A DNA stretch of 64,000 nucleotides from Mobula hypostoma (taxonomy: Eukaryota), in the NCBI RefSeq assembly GCF_963921235.1, contig NC_086097.1, forward strand, positions 150,414,001 through 150,478,000. The letters run 5' to 3'. Below the pieces are notes generated by a model. It worked only from the letters and a program-made list of their open reading frames with translations, did no database searches and was not told where the DNA came from. A program made the position numbers and the translations under genes. Each line of letters begins with the position of its first letter. Within the stretch, counting starts at the first letter, position 1. Shown here one piece after another: positions 36,784-50,739 of this stretch.

Positions 36784-39700
36784 TTTTTTTAAATATAATT
36801 TTTATTGAGTTTTCGAAATGATTACATAAAATGATAATATCTACCCTCCCCCCTCCCCTTAACCCTTCTCCCTGATAAATGATTTTCCTACCTGAAAAAA
36901 AAGAAAAAAAAAGAAGAAAGAAGAACTGCCTGGATATTGGAAAGTTTCCACATGCTCCATGGGATTCAAAATAAATTTAGTACATTTATTTATTACTTTC
37001 CCCAAGGGACCAACAACTTTATCATCGGAGCAACTAAATATGCCATCCTATCTTTTGTAAATATGGGTGCCAAATATTCAAAAATGTATCAAATTTATCT
37101 CTTAAATTATAAGTAATTTTTTCGAGTGGAATACAACTAGAAATTTCATTATTCCAACAAACCATACTTAAATTCGAATCCGATTTCCAAGTAACTGCTA
37201 TAGCCTTCTTGGCTACTGCCAATGCAATTTTTATAAATTCTTTCTGATATTTATTCAGTTTAAGTTTCAGTTTTATCCCTTCAATATCACCTAATAGAAA
37301 TAATATAGGGTTATGTGAAAGTTGAGTTCCAGTAATTTGTTCCAATAAAACTCTTAAATTTATCCAAAAAGGTTGAATTTTGAAACAAGTACAAATAGAA
37401 TGTAGGAAAGTACCAATTTCTTGATTACACCGAAAGCATTGATCAGATAAGTTTGAATTTAATCTATTTATTTTTTGTGGTGTAATATATAATTGATGTA
37501 AAAAATTATATTTTACTAATCTAAGTCGAACGTTTATTGTATTTGTCATACTGTCAAGACATAGTCTTGACCAATTTGTTTCATCAATATTAATATTCAG
37601 ATCTGTTTCCCATTTTTGTTTTGACTTGTGGATTCCTTGTTTAATTGTCTGTTTTTGAATTAAATTATACATAAAAGAAATAATTTTTTAAATTTTTCCT
37701 TTTTGAATTAAAATTTCAATTTCATTAGGTTTCGGCAAAAACATTGTTTGACCCAGTTTGTCTCTTAAATAAGCCCTTAATTGAAGGTAACAAAAGAAAG
37801 TGTTATTTGATATTTTATAATTATTCTTTAATTGTTCAAATGACATCAATATACCTCCTTCATAACAGTCTCCTATACATCTAATCTCTTTTTGATACCA
37901 ATTATATAAACGTTGATTATCCATTGTAAAAGGAATAAGTCTGTTTTGAATCAAAGGTCTCCTTGCTAATAAAGATTTCTTTATTTCATTATCAACATCT
38001 ATCTTATTCCATAGATCAATCAAATGTTTAATATAGGAGATTCTTTCTATCCCGTATCCATTTAGATTCCCATTTATGTATAAAATCTTCGGGTGTATTT
38101 TCTCCTATCTTATCTAATTCTATTCTAATCCATTGCCACTTTTTGTTCGTCAAAGAAAGATGCAATAAATCAAAGTTGATTTGCTTTATAATAATTCTTA
38201 AAGTTTGGAAGTTGTAACCCTCCCAATTCAAATTTCCATGTCAATTTTTCCAATGATATTCTTGGCATCTTACCTTTCCAAAGAAATTTTCTCACACATT
38301 TATTTAACTCTTGAAAAAATTTCTGTGGCAATTATATTGGTAATGTTTGAAACAAATACTGTAATCTAGGAAATATATTCATTTTTACAACATTGACTCT
38401 ACCCACTAATGTTATTGGTAGTATCATCCATTTGTCAAGCTCTCCTTGAATTTTTTTCAATAGTGGTAAATAATTAAATTTATATAAATTCTTTACATCA
38501 TTATCAAGTCTTATACCTAAATACTTTATACCATTTACCGGCCATCTAAATTGGGTTGCTAATCGACATTGGCTATAGTCTCCTTTAGTAAGAGGTAAAA
38601 TTTCACTTTTATCCCAATTTATCTTATACCCTGATACTTTCCCATATTCATCCAACCTAGAAGATAATTTACATAACGAATGCTGTGGGTTTGTTAAGTA
38701 AATCAAAACATCATCAGCAAATAGATTAATTTTATATTCCTCCTGAATAACTCTAAAACCCTTAATATCGGAATCAATTCTAATTAGTTCTGCTAATGGC
38801 TCTATCGCCAGTACAAATAAAGCGGGTGATAATGGACAACCTTGTCCAGTTGACCTTTTTAATGGGGATGGTGTTGAAATTTGACTATTTGTCACTACTT
38901 TACCATTAGGGTTAGTATTTAAAGTTTTAATCCAGTTTATAAAAGGTGTTCCTAACCCATATTTTTCTAATACTTTTAATAAAAAATCCAATTCCAATCT
39001 ATCAAATGCTTTTTCTGCATCCAAGGCTACTACTATACTCATCTCCTCCCTTTTTCGTGCCAAATGAATTATACTGAGTAGCCGAGTTACATTATCTGCC
39101 AATTGTCTATTTTTAATAAATCCTGTTTGATCCATATGTATTAATTTTGGTAAATATTTAGATAATCTATTCAATAAAATGTTTGCTATTATTTTATAAT
39201 CCGTGTTCAACAAAGAAATAGGCCTATATGATGCTGGTTTTTAAAGGATCTCTATCCTTTTTTTGGCAATACTATTACAATCGCTGTTGAGAAAGATTCT
39301 GGGAGTTTATGTATTTTTTCCGCTTGACGTATTAACTTCATAAAAGGAGGAAATAATAAATCTTCAAACTTTTTATAAAATTCAGGTGGGAAACCATCCT
39401 GTCCTGGAGATTTATTACTTTGAAGTGATCCTAAAGCTTCTTCAATCTCTTTTAATGTAAAGGGCATATCTAATCCCTTCTGTTCCTCCGAATTCAATTT
39501 TGGAAGAGTTATTTGTGATAAAAACCTTTCTATCTCATTAACATCATTTTGTAATTCCGATTGCTATAATAAAGAATAGAAACTTTTGAAGGTTTCATTA
39601 ATTCCTAAAGGTTTAGAAGTAATTTTATTTGCTCTTGTTCTAATTGCATTTATCGTTTTGGAAGCCTGCTCTGTTTTCAACTGCCAAGCAAGAATTTTGT

Positions 39701-42237
39701 GTGCTCTCTCACCTAACTCATAATACCTTTGCTTAGTTCTCATGATTGCTTTTTCCGTTCTATATGTCTGAAGCATATTATATTGTAACTTCCTACTGAC
39801 AAGTTGTCTTCGTTTTCCTTCTGTCGCATGTCTTTGAGATTCTTTTTCTAATTTTGTAATCTCTTATTCCAATTGATCTAGTTCTGCCATATATTCTTTC
39901 TTAATTTTATACGTATAACTTATTATCTGACCCCTCAAATATGCATTCATCACATCCCATAGTATAAATTTATCATCCACTGAATGAGTTTGTATCCAAA
40001 AAAAATTGGATCTGATTTTTCACAAAATCACAAAAATCTTGACGTTTTAATAATATTGAATTAAATCTCCATCTATAAGTCACTTCTTCCTTATCAGTCA
40101 TTATTATTGTCATTAATAAAGGAGAGTGATCTGACAATATTTTTGCTTTATATTCCATATTTTTCACTCTGTGTTGAATATTGATTGATAATAGGAAAAA
40201 ATCTATCCTTGAGTAAGTTTTGTGTCTATTAGAGTAGAACGAATAGTCTCTTTCTTTGGGATTGTTTCTTCTCCATATAACAATCAAATTTAAATCTTTC
40301 ATCAATGATAAAGTTAGTTTTACTACCTCCGATTTTGTAACAGCCTTCGTTGATCTATCTAAGACTGGGTCTAGGCAAAAATTAAAATCTCCTCCTATTA
40401 ATATTTTTTCATGTGCATCAGCCAAATTCAAAAAAGCTTCTTGTATAAATTTTGCATCATTTTCATTTGGTGCATAAATATTCATGAGGGTTCATAATTT
40501 GGAAAAAACATTACTTAACATCTTAACTCTCATAGTTCCTTGGGGAATCTCTTTAAACTTCACCATGTTGCTATGTGTTTCCCTCCCAATCATCCAGGCA
40601 AAAGGAAAGAAACAAAAGATAGATATGATACAAAAAGAAAAATAACAAAATACCCCCCTACTAATGTTGTGAATGAAAAAAAGGACAACACTACCCCACT
40701 CCATTTTGTGGGTCGTGGCTATAGCCATGCTTGCACACATGAATTCTGTAGCGATTGGTCAGTATTTCTTCCAGCTCCCCCGGAACAAAAAAAATTGTAT
40801 ATATATAGAAAAATTAAGGTCACTATTCCCAACTAATATTCTTCAGACTTTAACCTTTCTTCCCCGCTATCATATAATTAATAATATATTTATATATTCT
40901 TTCACCTTTAAAAATCCACCAAGTCTATTCCTTGACCAAATCTTCATCTTTAATCCATCTCGCTCCCCTGGTTTTGTTCTTGTATCTTCAAAGAATCTTG
41001 CACAAACTCCTCTGCTTTCTGGTAATCGTCAAAAATTCCCTTTTCTCCGCCAGCCAAAAAAATCTTCAAGGTTGCAGGGTAGCGCAGTATAAATTGATAG
41101 CCGTGATCCCATAGGACCTTTTTCACTGGATTAAATTTCTTCCTTCTCTTCAAATTTTGTAACTTATGTCAGCGTAGAAAAAAATTTTGTTCTCTTCTAT
41201 CATCAATGCTCCTTTTCTATTCTTGGCAGCTTGAGCAGCTGCCTATAGAATCCTTTCTTTGTCTTGAAATCTTAAACATTTTATTAAAATTGATCGTGGA
41301 TATTGGTCATCTTGAGGTTTTGGTCTTAAGAGCTCTATGTGCCCGTTCAATTTCAATTGATTGGTCTCCCCCTTTCACTTGCAAAGTTTCCGGGATCCAT
41401 CTTAGAAAAAATTCTATTGGATTGTCTCCCTCTATACCTTCTTTAAGACCAACAATCTTAATATTATTTCGTCTACTAAAATTTTCCAGCACGTCCACTT
41501 TTTCCAACAGTCAATTTCTTTCCGTTTTCCAGACAAGCACATCATTTTCTGTTTTTTCCACTCTGTCATTAATATGCTCCATTGTTCTTTCCAACTTTTG
41601 AAGTTTCTTATCCATTTTCTCCTGTCTTTTCATAGCTTTATCATAGCTCAGCTTCATGTTTCTAATCTCTATTTTTAATCCTTTTAATTCAATCATTACT
41701 TGCAATAAAACCTCTTTTATGTCTCCATCATATCCTTTACTTTTAGTCTCTTCCAGTTCTTCTTCCTCTTCTTCATCATCTGTGTTCTCTGCGGAATCCA
41801 ATTCTGACTCTGAGTCATTTTCGCTTGCAGTGGCCGTCAGTTCTTGTAGTTTGAGTTGTATCGATTTGCACATGCCTACTTCTTTGTACATGCGCAATTC
41901 CGGCATCTTCTTCTCAGGGACCGCTACCGCCGCCATTGCTCCCTGTTCTTCTATGCCAGAGATAAAATGTGTGTCTTTTGAAGAAGATCCAACCTGAGTC
42001 CAAGGTTCCATCGCTGCAGTAGGCCATTTTTTCTTCCTGTCTCGTGGCGACTTCACAACAGCAGTCTTCTTCTGTTGCGGTTTATGAGGCATATCGTAAA
42101 ATAGTCTTGAGAAGTTTATAAGTAGTTTTCGGAAAGTATTTATTAACTTTGCTTTGTTTAAACGGTACTTTGCTGATTTTTTACGGGAGAGCTGGATTCA
42201 TACGTCTCCATCCCACGTCATCACAGGACGTCACCCC
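36784..42237 (-). mobile_element. L1-clade LINE with 5' UTR, ORF1, spacer and ORF2; decayed, ORF2 N-terminus deleted
   Basis: PolyA tail 36784-36790; ORF1 (LENFSRRNNIKIVGLKEG, IERAHR, LRYPATL); APE (IYAPN, GGDFN, SRID, SDH); RT (QGCPLSP, LFADD); CCHC C-terminus; TSD GGCTGGCACTTGC (36770-36782) / GGTTGGCACTTTC (42238-42250). Confidence 0.95.
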
Positions 42238-42953
42238 GGTTGGCACTTTCATTGTAACCTGGATAACAGACTGCCTGACTGGCAGACTACCGTTTGTACA
42301 GCGTCAGAGCTGTGTGGTCCCTTGCAGTTGACCCTGTATATCTCAGACTTTAGATACAACACTGAGTGATGTCATCTACAGAAATTCTCTGATGACTCAG
42401 CAATAGCTGGGTGTGTAAAGGGAGGATGAATACAGGGCTCTGGTAGAGGACTTTGTCAAATGGTGCAAGCTGAATCATCTGCAGCTCAACATCAGTAAGA
42501 CAAAGGAGATGGTGATGGACTCCAGGAAGACTAAGCCTCCATTGATGGTATGGATGTGGTGAAGACCTATAACTACCTGGAGGTGCACCTGGATGACAGA
42601 TTTGAGTGGAGCACCAACACATAGGTTGTGTACAAGAAGGGCTAGAGTTGCCCCTACTTCCTGAGGAGATGGAGGCCCTTTGGAGTATGCAGGCCTCTCC
42701 TTCACATGTTCTACTAGTCTGTACATCTTCTTTGAGGTAGTATACTGGGGCAATGGTATCAACACGTGTGATGCCAACAGGCTCAAAAAACTGATTAGAA
42801 AGGCTGGCTCTGTTATAGGAGTCAAACTGGACACACTGGAGGCTGTGGTAGAACAAAGGACCCTTTGGAAAATCCTGGCAATTCTGGGCAATGTTTCTCA
42901 CCCTCTGCATGCCACCTTGGCTGAACAGAGGAGCACTTTTAGTAATAGACAGA

Positions 42954-43927
42954 GGCCACGTCCACACTATCCCGGATAATTTTGAAAATGCCGATTTCGA
43001 GTAAAAACGACAGGCATCCACACTAAGCGTTTTTCAGAATATCTCTGTCCACATTAGAACAGATATTTGGGCGAATCTCCTCTTACTGGGCATGCGCAGG
43101 ACACACAGAAAACAAGCGAAGAGGAAACGGTATACTTGGCACGCGTTTGTCCAGTTACAGAGTAGAAAAACTTAAAAGGAATTGCTATTGGCTCTCGTGC
43201 AGGAGGACTTAAATTTGAAAAAAAAATACTGGGGTGTATGGAGGCAACCGACAGGGAGTTCACGGACAGTATGACCCGGCTGACGATGAACATTGAAAAA
43301 CTGACTAACTCTGTTGCATTAATAAAGCACCTTGTTAAATGTATAAAACATGTCTGCATCAGTGTTATCTTGTATTTCCATACAATGTTACATTAGGCTG
43401 TTACACATCTATTGTCAGAGAAGTACTTGCATAAATAGGTAAACCACCTTCATACAACCAAGGACAGAAAACGAGGCAAAGTGAGTATACTTATTTATTC
43501 AGTAAGCTATGGGTCAAAGTATTTGGTGAGTATATTTCTAACTCTTCTGGCTTCAGTCTTGTTGCTGTCTGTTCTGAAATTGTTAGGTTCTGCGAAGCAC
43601 GGAATCAAATATTGCTGTGATGATTGTATGGTCTAGTATCAATTGTTTGGCGACAATAAAGTAATAATAATCATAAGAAGAAAACAATGAAATGCCGCAC
43701 TGCCGCCATCTGTTCCGGCACGTCATGACAGCGGTTTTAAAAATCTCCGGTTACCCCGTCCACACTGTAACGGATATTAGGAGTTTTCAGATTTATTCAC
43801 TCTGGAGACTGTTTCTGAAATTCTCTGTTTTCAGGGGATGAAAATGCCATTTTAGTGTGGACGGAGGGTCAAAACGAAGAGAAAAAGCTTTGTTTTCAAA
43901 ATTATCGGGCATAGTGTGGACGTAGAC
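42954..43927. mobile_element. Non-autonomous PIF/Harbinger-like DNA transposon
   Basis: TIRs GGCCACGTCCACACTATCCCGGATAATTTTGAAAA / TTTTCAAAATTATCGGGCATAGTGTGGACGTAGAC; right flank TAA (left AGA, degenerate); internal GTCCACAC repeats. Confidence 0.85.
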
Positions 43928-44599
43928 TAAGACAACTGTGCTGCTCCAAAGAGCACTATATGAGGTAATTCTTACCCTCGGCCATTAGGCTCTATAATGA
44001 GTCAACCTGTAGCCAGGGAAGTGATGACCCCTTCCTGATAGACTGTTTGAGCTAACTAATTTTTATTTTTTTCTTTCTTCTCTTCTAATATTTGTGTATC
44101 TGCGCACTTGTAATGCTCCATTGACATGAATTTCTTTTGGGATCAATAAACTATCTATCTGTCTAAATAACAATTCAACACGTTCATCATGGGTCAAAGC
44201 AATATTTGATTGTTGTACGTTACATCTTCAGCCAACATACTGTAGATTCATTAATGGCACTAATTGTCCACATGACTTCAGTTTTGTTTTGCACTTGTGA
44301 ATCAGAATACTAATCTTTATCAGCATGTTACCACTTAGGCAATTAGTAGAATGCTTAAGGGCATGTCACTAACGCCCTGTCAACAACTGAAATCAGTCCC
44401 TTTAGCACTGATCAGAAACAAATCATTTTCTAGTTTATGCTAATGCCCCATCTTCAAGTACAAAGAAGTTGAGATTTCCAATAATTTATGATTTTCTATA
44501 AATCTGGTCAAATCTTACAAATGTACATTGCTTTAAATAACAAGATAAACACTGAGCTCGGACAGACTTTTTAAAGTGACTAAAAGCACAGTGAATTCT

Positions 44600-45955
44600 T
44601 TACACTGTGCCAAAATTGAAATGTCTGATGTGGTGGTTTGGTACTCGTATTCCCCCAACCTATAACACCTAACGATCAAGTGCTGACTGCTCTATTTACC
44701 AAGAGGGTTCTCCTCTGTAATCCTGTCCACAGTTTACATACCACCAGCTGCCAACTATAATCAAGTGCTTGAGATATTGCATGATGCTGTTGCCAAAGAA
44801 GAAACAGTTCACCTTTACTCATTTTATATCATAGTTGGGAATTTCAATCAGGCTTGTTTGAAGAAATCCCTGCCCAGTTAGAATCAGCATATAACCTGTA
44901 GCAGCAGAGGCTCTCAACACAGCAGACCACTGTTATAGCAGGGTAAGGAATGTCTACAGTTCCATGCCCAGATCACATTTTGGGAAGTCAGATCACTTGG
45001 CAGTCCTCCTCCTACCTACATACAGACAGAGGCTAAACAACAAGGTTGTAGAGACTACAACGACAAAGAAGTGGCTATGGGATCACGGGAGGCTATGGGA
45101 TTGCTGAGTTGGTGGATTGGGCTGTGTTCAAGGACTTATCTGTGGATCTGAATGAATACACTATGTTTGTCACAAACTGTATAAAAACAGTAGTAGATGC
45201 ATGTGGCCCCTAAAATTATCTAGAGTCTTTTCCAACCAGAAGCCCTGGATGGACATGAGCTCCGCAATCTTCCAAGGGCCAGATCAGAGGCATTCAGGTC
45301 TAGCAACCAAGAAAGTTACAAGAGGTCCAGGTACGATCTCCAGAAAGCCATCTCAAAAGTGAAGTGGCAATTCTGAAGTAAACTTGACTCAATGAAGGAT
45401 GCTCAACAACAGAGGCAATGCTTAAATGCTCTCGTGCATCTTAGGTGGCAACGGAACTTCACATCCAGGTGAGCTGAATGTCTTGTATGTTCACTTCAAC
45501 TGACAAGACATGGAAGAACCATCACGAAATCCCACAGCCTCTGATGATCCTGTGATTTCAGTCTCTTAGGCCGAGGTGAGTGAATCCATAGAAAGCATCC
45601 AGCCCAGATGGGGTACCGGCCGAGTACTAAAGACCTGTGCTACACTCCAGTACTAAAGAACTGGCTGGAGTATTCACTGAGGTATTTAAACTCCCTCTTC
45701 AGCAGTCTGAGGTATCTATCTCCTTCTAGCAGGCTTCAATTATACCAGTGCCTAAGAAGAACATGGTGACCTGCCTCAATGACCATCAGCCTGTAGCACT
45801 TACATCTGCAGCAATGAAATATTTTGAGAAGTTGGTGATGAAACCTATCAACTAAGAAGCAACTTGGATCAGCTGCCATTTGTCTACCGGCACAACAAGT
45901 CCACAGCAAATGCCATTTCATTGGCCCGTCACTCAACCCTGGAATATCTGGACAG
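44600..45955 (+). mobile_element. Old Rex1-type LINE endonuclease/RT fragment
   Basis: YLPR.F, VYIPP, GNFNQA, FGKSDH, NQKPW and IIPVPKK-like remnants; many stops. Confidence 0.75.
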
Positions 45956-46049
45956 ACCGGAGTAGGCCCAAGGCCTTGTATATCAGTTCATCACATTAGT
46001 GGGCAAGAGCTGGGGCAGTCTTCATAGCCTCAGTGCCATGGAGATGACC

Positions 46050-47125
46050 ATAAGAGCATGAGGCAGAGCAGCAGAGTTAGGTCATTCAGCACATCGAGTC
46101 TGCTCTGAAATTTCATCATGGCTAATCTCATTCAACTCCATTCAACTTCTCGCAATATCCTTTGATGTGGCAGAGCATTCCACAGATTCAATACTCTCTG
46201 GCTAAAAGAAATCTTTCTTACCTTTGTTCTAAGATGTCACCCCTCAATTTTGAGGCTATGCCCTCTAGTTCCAGGTACCCTCACAATAGGAAGCATCCTC
46301 TTCAAATCCACCCTATCTAGTCCTTTCAACAGTTGGTAGGTTTCAATTCTAAATTCCAGCGAGTACAGGCCCAAAGCTGCCAAATGCTCCTCATATCTTA
46401 ACTCCTTCATTCCCGTAATCATCCTTGTGAACCTCACCTGGACTCTCTCCATGACAACACATCCTTTCTGAGATAAAGGGCTCAAAACTGTTGTCAATAC
46501 TCCAAGTGCAGCCTGAATAGCATCTTATAAAGGCTCAACATTATCCCCTTGCTTTTATACATTACTCCCCTTGAAATAAATGCCAACATTGCATTTGCCT
46601 TCTTTACCACAGACTCAACTTGCAAATTAACCTTCTGGGAGTCTTGCACGAGGACTCCTAACTCTGTCTGTACTTCGGATGTTTGAACCTTTTTCCTATT
46701 TAGATAATAGTCCACACTATTGTTCCTTTTACTAAAATACATTATCATAAATGTCCCATCTGCCACTGTTTTGCCCATTCCTCCAATTTGTCTAAGTCCT
46801 GCTGCAATCGCATTGCTTCCTCAGCACTACCTACCCCTCCAGCTACCTCTGGCACAAACTTTGTCATAAAGCCATCAATTCCATTATCCAAATCGTTGAC
46901 AAACAATGTGAAGAATTACGGTCACAATACTGACCACTGAGGAACACCACTAGTCACCGGCAACCAACCAGAAAAGGCTCCTTTTATTCCCACTCGCGGC
47001 CTCCTGCCTGTCAGCCATTCCGCTATCCATGCCAGTATCTTTTCTGTAACGCCACAGGATTTTATCTTGTTAAGCACCCTCGTGTGTGGCATCTTGTCAA
47101 ATGCCTTCTGAAAATCCAAGTAAAT
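46050..47125 (-). mobile_element. CR1 3' fragment
   Basis: YLDFQKAFDKMPH..SGVPQ (46922-47125), VKKANAMLAFISRG, LGLYSLE. Confidence 0.85.
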
Positions 47126-48015
47126 GACCACTACGGAGAACGAGCAAAATTGGCTCTCGCCTCCGATCTCGACACCCTGTCTTTTCAGTCTATCTGAGTC
47201 AGTGTTTAAATTGACCAAACAACTGAACAGCAAAAGGCTCCGATCGCAGAGAGCAGGCAAAGTCAGCTCTTGCCTCCAATCTGGGCTAGTGTTTAACTTC
47301 TCTAAACAGCGTACTGTACCTCACACTAGGACCTAGGCACCACTGCTACGAAAGGCTCTGAGCCTTGACCACGCTGCTCAGTGACTCGCCTGGGGCCCAG
47401 ATTTTGCCATCTAGCCCGAAGACACTCACAGGCTCTTCAAATCAACTCCAATAGGTACGTGGATTGGAGAGGTAGGGAGGGCTGTGGTCCAATTGCTTAT
47501 AGGTGGGACTAGGCAGAAGACAAGGCTGGCATGGACTAGTCTGGAGGGGCTATTTTTGCTCTATGGTATTCTATGACTCCTTAATAAATCAGTTGCTCAG
47601 AAAGGAAATTTAAACATGGTTTATGCGTGACTTAAACTTGGCTGGTATTAATGTGATGGTGTCCTTATCCTGACGATAATGATAGATTTCAACCCAGGTA
47701 TTATGTAAATTCCTTCCTTCCCACTTACTAGTTTATTATACACTCCCATTCACCAAAGTGCTAGTTACTTCTACATGTCCTACTACACTAACTCTTACAT
47801 GAATCATTGCACATGTTACCAACTACATATTAGGTGCTTATGAGGTCTGTAAACCAATCTTCAACAAAATACTCTAAACCTTAACTGTGTAACTTAATTG
47901 CATACTCTTAGATTGCTACTCTGAAATGATCTTGGTTCACAGTAATTCAAAACTGGTGTTTATATTAGAGAGTTACAGTTATCAACGTGGCCACATGTTA
48001 CACTGCTTTACTCAC

Positions 48016-48142
48016 CATTCTCTGTATTGTACCGCAAGTCTTGAAGAGCTGCCACAGCTGCTTGGGCACCTTGCACATCCTCTTCACTCTCTGCTATGTG
48101 AAAGTACTGTGTTTGAGTCTGCTCTGCAGGAGCTTCGAGAAC
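48016..48142 (-). CDS. ZFAT: ZFAT coding exon (127 bp; alternative start 48145)
   Basis: ttttttgtacagcag acceptor, GTGAG donor; VLEAPAEQTQTQYFHIAESEEDVQGAQAAVAALQDLRYNTEN-G; phase 0 in, phase 1 out joins GA of the next exon to give GGA. Confidence 0.92.
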
Positions 48143-48535
48143 CTGCTGTACAAAAAATAACAAACATGTCCAAAATCACTTCCCTCAACATAAATAGTTC
48201 TCATTGATTCAATTAAAAAAGTGTGATTACTAGTGAATGAACATTAAATTTTTTCAAGTTTTCTCACTCAATGTTAGCATCATGCAGTCTAAGGACAGGA
48301 GTGGAGAAAATCTTTTATCATTTTTTCTTCATCAGTGATCCTCATAATGAGGCCAGTTGTAGGACCTTCATTATGTTTAACAATACTATCTCTCCTTTCT
48401 GCTTTCCACTGGGTTGAGCTTCATCACTTGTAGTACCAATTTCCAGCTGTTTGCTTTATGAGGACTGGGTCCAGTGATGATATTAGGATTGGTGGGAAAT
48501 GTTGACAATCCTTAAGCTACAGGATGGTATTGATG

Positions 48536-50735
48536 TCTGAATCAGAATCAGGTTTATCGTCACTGATCATGAAATTTGCAGTTCTGTGGCAGTTATGTAG
48601 TGTAAGACAGAAAAATTAGATAAGTTACTGAAGTAAATAAATAGTGTAAAAGATAAATAATGGGGCAGTGTTCGTGGCTCATGGACTGATCAGAAATCTG
48701 ATGGTGCAGGGGAAGAAGCTGCTTCTAAAATATCGCATGTGCACCTTCAGGCTCCTGTACCTCCTCCCCAAAGATAGTACAGTGAAGAGGGTACATCCTG
48801 GAAGGTGAAAGTCCTAAGTGATGAAAACTACCTTCTTAAGGCACTGCGTCTTGGAGATGTTCTCGATGGCAGGGAGGGTTGCACATGTGATCAACTGGTT
48901 GAATCTATAACTCTCTGCAGGGGTGCATTGAACTTGTGCACTGGAGGACCCGTGCCAACCAGTCAGAATTCTCTCCACGATACATCTATAAATATTTGCA
49001 AGACACAGCAGTGGCATATCAAATCTTCTCAAACCCCAATTGAAGAGGAGCTGCTGCTATGCCTTCATTGTGTTTGCATCAATGTGGGGGGCCTAGGAGA
49101 GATACTCCGAAATGTTGTCACCCCGGAACTTGAAACTAGTCTCCCTTTCCACCTCTGATCCCTGAAGGAGGACTTCCCTTTTCTGAAGTCCATGGATCCT
49201 GCTTAAGGGTCTCGACCTGAAACGTCAGCTTACTCTTTTCCATAGATACTGCCTGGCCTGCTGAGTTCCTCCAGCATTTTGTGTGTGTTCCTGGAATCAA
49301 TTTCCTAGTCTTGCTGATGTTCTGTGTGAGGTTGTTGCAACATAATTCAATCGGACAGTCTATCTCATTCCCGTACCCCCCCACCCCAGTTGCCATCTGA
49401 GGGTCATTAGCAAATTTATACATGGTGTTTGAGCTGTGCCTAGCCACACAATCATGAGAGTAGTGAGAGTACAGCAGTGAGCTAAGCAGGCATCCTTGAG
49501 GTAGTCAGCAGGGAAGAGATGTTATTACCAATCTGCACTGACTGTGGTCTTGTGATAAGCAAATTAAAGATCTAGTTGCAGAGCGAAGCAGAGAACCAGG
49601 TTTTGAAACTTGTTGATTAGTAATGAGGGGCTGATGGTGCTGAACACTGAGCTGCAATCGATAAATGATGCATGTTTTGCTGTTGTCTAGGCGCTCCAAA
49701 GCTGAGTATAGAGCCAATGATTTTGCATCCACTCTGGGCCTGTTGTCGAAGTATGCAAATTGCAACTGGTCCAGGTCCTTGCACAGACAGGAGTTAATTC
49801 TAGAAATATTAACTTCTCAAAGCACTTCATCACAGTAGATGTGACTGCTACTGAGTGATAGTTGTTGAGGCTGCACATTCAAATCTTCTTGAGCACCGGT
49901 GTGATTGATGCCTTTTTAAAGCACGTCTGAATGCAAAAGTGAGAGATTGAAGATGTCCTTTAACACTGTAGCCCGTTGGTCAGCACAGGTTTTCAGTACT
50001 CTGCCAGGAACACCATCAGACCCTAATGGCTTGTGAAGGTTTACACTCTGATGGCGGCCTCTGAGACAGATCACAGGGTCACCAGATAATATGAGGATTT
50101 GCACAGATGTATTTTTTTTTCTCCCTTTTAATGTGTATAAAAGGCATTGGGTTCATCAATGAGAGAAGCATTATAGCCATTAATGTTGTAGGTTTCGCCG
50201 TATAGGAAGTAGCAGTACGCAATCTCTGCCACAGTATCCTACAGTGTTGCTAACTGCACACAGAATTGTCTTTTTACTCTTATGATGGCCTTCAGTAGGT
50301 TGTACTGAACTTCTTGTAGGGATCTGAATTGCCAGGCCTGAACGGTATAGATTTAGACCTCGGCAGACTGCGGATCTCCTGATTCATCCACGGATTCAGG
50401 TTTGGGGTACATTCGGTATGTTCTTGAAGGCACACATTCATCTACACAAGTCTGCAACACTCACCTACACTGGTGCTGTTGTCCTCAGTCTCAGTATATA
50501 TGCCAGGAGTAGAAGCACAGTCAGGTGATTGGACTTGCCGAAGTGTGGGCTTGGGATGGCACAGTGAACATTCTTGATAGCGGTGCACTGGTGATCAGCG
50601 GGCTGCCTCTTCTGGTTCCACAGGTGACATGTTGATGGTAGTTTGTAAGAGACTTCTTCAAGCTAGCCTGGTTGAAGTGCTGATTGGTGAAATGGGCTCA
50701 GAAGAGGCAGATGCATTTTGGGGAACGCCAGTGAG
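48536..50735 (-). mobile_element. Old Rex1-type LINE, endonuclease to 3' end, with Penelope-type insert at ~49197-49292
   Basis: GAATCAGAATCAGGTTTAT tail; [31 protein letters not shown] remnants. Confidence 0.8.
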
Positions 50736-50739
50736 GCTA

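Larger units (their letters stand above)
36450..44165 (+). mobile_element. Rex1-type LINE (segments ~36450-36782, 42238-42953, 43928-44165) split by L1 and Harbinger insertions
   Basis: PVPK..DYSPVALTSH-like RT start; FSDD and RLKKLIRKA..HPLH in 42380-42950; coding resumes after 43928; AATAAA(CTAT)n tail ~44145-44165. Confidence 0.8.

Noticed and set aside
41511..42092. Acidic coiled-coil ORF as a host gene
   Set aside because: It is the N-terminal part of L1 ORF1, continuing by frameshift into RRNN and IERAHR motifs inside the TSD-bounded element.
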